Positions 15,984 through 19,718 of a DNA stretch of 19,718 nt are shown piece after piece. How positions within the stretch are numbered: position 1 is the first letter of the stretch; the number at the start of each line of letters is the position of its first letter. The translations under genes and the position numbers were made by a program. Source of the DNA: Candidatus Thorarchaeota archaeon. GTDB taxonomy: Archaea; Asgardarchaeota; Thorarchaeia; Thorarchaeales; Thorarchaeaceae. The stretch spans positions 4,406 to 24,123 of the forward strand of contig JBHLRQ010000044.1 in the NCBI GenBank assembly GCA_048882385.1, in the 5' to 3' direction. Below the pieces are notes generated by a model that worked only from the letters and a program-made list of their open reading frames with translations, ran no database searches and was not told where the DNA came from.

Positions 15984-17290
15984 TTCTCATCCTCCAGTAT
16001 AGATTCAGTAATCATTCGACCTTCTTTCTTTCCTACAGCATGCTCGAGAGAGCGAACAGCAATCTTTGTTAATACACTTGGATCAAGACTTTTGTCAATT
16101 TCAAGCGTATCAAGATAAGCCTGGAAGTCCTCCTCTGGGTCCTGAATGAGATATTCAGACTCGATTTCAGGGTATGAGGCAGACGTGAATTCCTCATCAA
16201 CAGATTGCTTGACATACCAGATAAACTGAGCCACATTATATTCAGAGTCTTTAGATAGGATTTTGATTCGTAGAGATTCAAGTGCCATACCCAAGTCAAA
16301 TGAACTTACACGAGTTGCTTTCCCTTCAAATACAAGACGAATTCGCGATGCGGTCTTTGGGTTCCAAGCTGTTTTCACACCATTGTCATCAAGCATCTTA
16401 TACACTCTATCAGATATTGATTCGACAGTATCATCAATGGCAATAGTGATTCTCTCATTGAAAACTAGTCGATCGTATTTGAGAGTCAGAGGTGTTACTA
16501 TTGGCTCCTTTCCAATTTCGACATCCACAACAAGTAATCCTTTCTCGTGACGAATCTCATCAAATCTCCATCGTTCAGGTGAGCCAGCATACCATGCCCC
16601 ATTAGACTGCTTATGCTGATGGTGATCATGTCCTAATGCTATGTAGTCATAGTCCATGGAGAATATACTCTTGAATAGAGTCTGATCAAGCTCCATACCA
16701 TGAGCTACTGCAATAGAAGGTCTTGTCCGAACGCGGCTCTGATTTGTTGTAATCCAATCATCGAATCCCGCTATCATTCCTGCAGATCTGAGTACGACCG
16801 AATCCATGAAAGGGAAGCAGTAGACATCTAATTTCTCAAAAGATCGAACGAGAGGTTCTCCTTCTCTAACAGCCTGTTTCAGATCTTGCTGGGTAGCCAC
16901 TTCAAGACCAGGAACAGCAAGTTTCAAAGTATCTAGAAGAGAAACCTCCAGCAGTCTATAAAGACCATGGTTTCCTTCAATGATGAGAACAGGAATTCCA
17001 GTCTTCTCAATGAATTTCTGTAAGACTGTGATGGCGGTTTCCTGAGCGACAACAGGGGGCTGAGAAGGATTTCCCTCCCAGGGAGAATTATACAAGTCAC
17101 CAGAATGAACTACCAAATCAACAGGGGGGTCTAGCTCTGCAATTTTATCAAAGAGTTCTTGGAACCGCTCATAGAAATCATTCTCAAGAAGTTGAGAACG
17201 CATCTCTTCGCCCCATACATTGTGTCTTATGCCAGTCCTAGGGCGTGTTCCAAGGTGTGTATCAGAGATGTGAGCGATTCTTGCCTTCAT
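15980..17290 (-). CDS. mre11: DNA double-strand break repair nuclease Mre11 (SbcD-like metallophosphoesterase)
   Basis: Motifs HISDTHLG, HSGDLY, EGNHG, AHG, DYIALGHDH, YAGSPE and EKG; directly upstream of rad50. Confidence 0.93.
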   Translation of the reverse strand: MKARIAHISDTHLGTRPRTGIRHNVWGEEMRSQLLENDFYERFQELFDKIAELDPPVDLVVHSGDLYNSPWEGNPSQPPVVAQETAITVLQKFIEKTGIPVLIIEGNHGLYRLLEVSLLDTLKLAVPGLEVATQQDLKQAVREGEPLVRSFEKLDVYCFPFMDSVVLRSAGMIAGFDDWITTNQSRVRTRPSIAVAHGMELDQTLFKSIFSMDYDYIALGHDHHQHKQSNGAWYAGSPERWRFDEIRHEKGLLVVDVEIGKEPIVTPLTLKYDRLVFNERITIAIDDTVESISDRVYKMLDDNGVKTAWNPKTASRIRLVFEGKATRVSSFDLGMALESLRIKILSKDSEYNVAQFIWYVKQSVDEEFTSASYPEIESEYLIQDPEEDFQAYLDTLEIDKSLDPSVLTKIAVRSLEHAVGKKEGRMITESILEDEK

Positions 17291-17300
17291 CTATTCATCC

Positions 17301-19070
17301 TCAGAGAATATGTTCTTCATCCTTCTTTGAACCTTTTTCCTTGTACAGATGTTTATCCTTTTCATAGATATCGTCGAAAAGAGGAATTCTTACTGGCAAA
17401 GGAAGTTCCCTATACGATTGTGTGACAATTGCCTCACCTCGAGACATAACACGAAATTCATTCTCAAATCCAGATATATTCACGCTGGCGTTTTCTATAC
17501 ATGCTCGTATCTCACGTTCATTTCCAAGTCGTAGATTTATCTCAGTATTCATTTGGCTCAATATGACATTATCAAGAACACTCACCTGTTGACTGACAAC
17601 TAGGAGACCGATGTTGAACTTCCGACCCTGTCGAGAGATGTCTTTAAAGACTGACTGGCCTCGCATCAATTCGGGATTCAGGATAGATGGTGCTTCCTCA
17701 ACTGTTACCTGAATGACCGGGAGTAGTTTGGGATCCTGAACAGGTGTGTCATCATCGACTCCACCGAATCCATAAAATGAACGAGCTCGGTCTTTTATCT
17801 TACTGAAGAAAGTAGAGGGAAGCCGCATCTCACCTTGTCGAACAAAATCGCCAAGTGTCCCACTACTCTTGAGCGATCTTCTCATGTCAGATAGAGTCCG
17901 AGTCACAATTGTCGTTAGTAGAAATTGTTCTCTATCGCTCATCAAGCTTGTATTGACAACTAAGATTCGGCCTGTTTCCATTGCCACAAAGATATCTCCA
18001 AGGATTGAGTTGCCTGTTTCAATGTAAATTGGTGATCTTCGGAGAAAACCGAGTCTACGCTTCACAGCTCTGAGTGTACCCTTCTGAACGTTTGCCGTAT
18101 CGGCATCTTCCTCACTCATGTTGAGGATTGAGGCTATCCAGTTCTCCTGTTGAGAAGAGTATTGAGCATCGATAAAGGAGGTCATCTCAGCAGTAAACTC
18201 TCGTATCGAGTACAGGTCTCGAGGTTGTATCTCAGACCATAGAATTCGGATTTCTTGAGCATATTTTCGGATGTCTCTTGTGGTTGCCTTTTTGTGAGTG
18301 GTCAGGTAGTAGAAATCACCGATGACCTCTTTCCGTGTCGAGGCACTCATGTCTTCAACCACATGCTGAATTCCATACTTGTCAACACCTTTAGCAAATT
18401 CATCATGTGGGTCAATACAGAATGCGGACACTTTTTGCGAGGCTTTTGTCGGGTTTCTAAAAGCGTTCAGGTTGTTATCAATAACTGACTTGATTAGCAC
18501 CATCATCAGGTTACTCTTTCCAGCTCCTGTAGAACCAAATATTCCAACATGCATTGGTAAGAATTTTGAGGGAATTTTAATTGGTACATCAAGTGTTTTC
18601 TCCCCAACCTGAAGGTCTCCGACATAGACTTCTCCATCTATTTGACACTCTAACATTGTTCTAACATTTTGGTCAGATGTACCGGGAACTGGACGATAAA
18701 CAGATGCCAGATGGTCAGGGAGTCTTCTGGGGGAGTTGAAAACCCATTCATCGCCTTTCTTCTCAGCATAGCCCAACATTCTACCACCAACTGAGAGCAA
18801 CATATTTCGTTCAATACCTGAAAGGTAAGAATCTCCTTCCACCATGAGCGTACCAGCAACTCGAGCTAGGTCATCAACCTGACGAAGATAATTTTCCAAA
18901 CCGAGGACTCTGAAGAAGAATACTCTCTCATGATTATCGCGGCAGGAATAGATCAGGAAAATTTCTCCAACGCTGATATCTCGATTGCTTCCCATTATAC
19001 CAAGTGTAGTTTGATTACCCACACCAACCTTTCCGTATAGTTCTCCAAGTTTGTCTTTGTCTAAACTCAT
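17301..19070 (-). CDS. herA: HerA/FtsK-family bipolar DNA translocase HerA
   Basis: N-terminal HAS-barrel-like region, H-x-GIFGSTGAGKSN (Walker A), IDPHDEF, VEEA (Walker B), RQGRKF (Arg finger), LSQMNT and GEA. Confidence 0.92.
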   Translation of the reverse strand: MSLDKDKLGELYGKVGVGNQTTLGIMGSNRDISVGEIFLIYSCRDNHERVFFFRVLGLENYLRQVDDLARVAGTLMVEGDSYLSGIERNMLLSVGGRMLGYAEKKGDEWVFNSPRRLPDHLASVYRPVPGTSDQNVRTMLECQIDGEVYVGDLQVGEKTLDVPIKIPSKFLPMHVGIFGSTGAGKSNLMMVLIKSVIDNNLNAFRNPTKASQKVSAFCIDPHDEFAKGVDKYGIQHVVEDMSASTRKEVIGDFYYLTTHKKATTRDIRKYAQEIRILWSEIQPRDLYSIREFTAEMTSFIDAQYSSQQENWIASILNMSEEDADTANVQKGTLRAVKRRLGFLRRSPIYIETGNSILGDIFVAMETGRILVVNTSLMSDREQFLLTTIVTRTLSDMRRSLKSSGTLGDFVRQGEMRLPSTFFSKIKDRARSFYGFGGVDDDTPVQDPKLLPVIQVTVEEAPSILNPELMRGQSVFKDISRQGRKFNIGLLVVSQQVSVLDNVILSQMNTEINLRLGNEREIRACIENASVNISGFENEFRVMSRGEAIVTQSYRELPLPVRIPLFDDIYEKDKHLYKEKGSKKDEEHIL

Positions 19071-19085
19071 GTTACATTCCTCAGA

Positions 19086-19718
19086 CTACATATCATAATC
19101 AGCACGGAGATCTTGGGCTTTTCTTCTTTCGAGACCCATCTCAGATCTTACATCCATACAGACTTCTTTCGCTAAGCGAAGGTCTTCATAACTCAATTTG
19201 CATGCCTCATGTGCTAATGCCAGCGGCACAGGATATCCGTACCAACGGGCATCTCGAGACATGAACTCCAACTCTGCAAAGAGGGCTTTTTCATTTGCTC
19301 GAGTAGCACTAGGATCACCTGAAACAAAGATATTCTCCAGCCACCAAATCCGATCAAAATCAATCCTGGAAGGTCTATTGTCACGTGAGAAGCTATACAA
19401 GTAAGGGACGGCCAGCATCGGAGGTATGTAGGTTCGATCCTCATAGATGTGCAGTCCGCCTTCCGGATCATCCTTACTTGGTAGATGGCAAAACCATTTC
19501 GCGTTCTCACCAAATACATCTCGTGCCATATTTGCAATGCGATGGGCAAAGGGGATTGTATGATTCTTACTAACAGCACATAGAACGACATTCTTCTGTC
19601 TTGCCAATGCGCAAACATCTCTAAGCATGAACCCACTAGGCATAGATGGATAATGACGCACAAAATGCATGAACACAGAAAGTGCACCATCTAACAGAAG
19701 GTACTTTGGTTGAATGTC
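19086..19718 (-). CDS. nurA: NurA 5'-3' nuclease, 3' part; start lies beyond the right edge
   Basis: The frame stays open to 19718 (DIQPKYLLLDGALSVFMH...). The LLDG catalytic motif, AVSK, RID and GYPVPLALAHEACK are NurA hallmarks. Lies 15 nt upstream of herA. Confidence 0.9.
   Translation of the reverse strand, partial: DIQPKYLLLDGALSVFMHFVRHYPSMPSGFMLRDVCALARQKNVVLCAVSKNHTIPFAHRIANMARDVFGENAKWFCHLPSKDDPEGGLHIYEDRTYIPPMLAVPYLYSFSRDNRPSRIDFDRIWWLENIFVSGDPSATRANEKALFAELEFMSRDARWYGYPVPLALAHEACKLSYEDLRLAKEVCMDVRSEMGLERRKAQDLRADYDM

Noticed and set aside
882-19690. Many short ORFs in the track that overlap the called genes (e.g. 882..1121, 3037..3456, 7704..7943, 9534..9965, 15045..15428, 19214..19690)
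   Set aside because: They lie antisense or out of frame within well-supported genes and show no recognisable motifs. The Ser-rich 7704..7943 ORF is just the antisense of the acidic PolB tail.
1-19718. CRISPR arrays, tRNA/rRNA genes, IS elements, inteins
   Set aside because: All intergenic gaps are under about 140 nt and show no spaced repeats or cloverleaf. No transposase or intein motifs were seen by eye; a covariance-model scan was not run.

Overview
Gene-dense archaeal chromosomal window. A PolB1-type polymerase, a NurA-HerA-Mre11-Rad50 operon, TATA-like promoters and a cytosolic IFT52/GIFT-like protein suggest an Asgard archaeon, possibly Thorarchaeia; this is inference, not a database result. 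Left to right: a truncated amino-DNA methyltransferase, two related small 4-TM proteins flanking a class III PLP aminotransferase, a protein with a methanogenesis-marker-9-like Cys module and zinc ribbon, a GHL10-like TIM-barrel protein, PolB1, a PPC/DUF296 protein, a HIT hydrolase, a GIFT plus coiled-coil protein, two tandem GT-C glycosyltransferase paralogues, and rad50-mre11-herA-nurA (minus strand, nurA cut by the window edge). I saw no rRNA, tRNA, CRISPR array or transposase. The best leads are the IFT52-like protein, the marker-9-like module, the motif-degenerate DSB-repair operon (Rad50 signature LSYGD) and the GT-C pair. Family calls rest on motifs recognised by eye.
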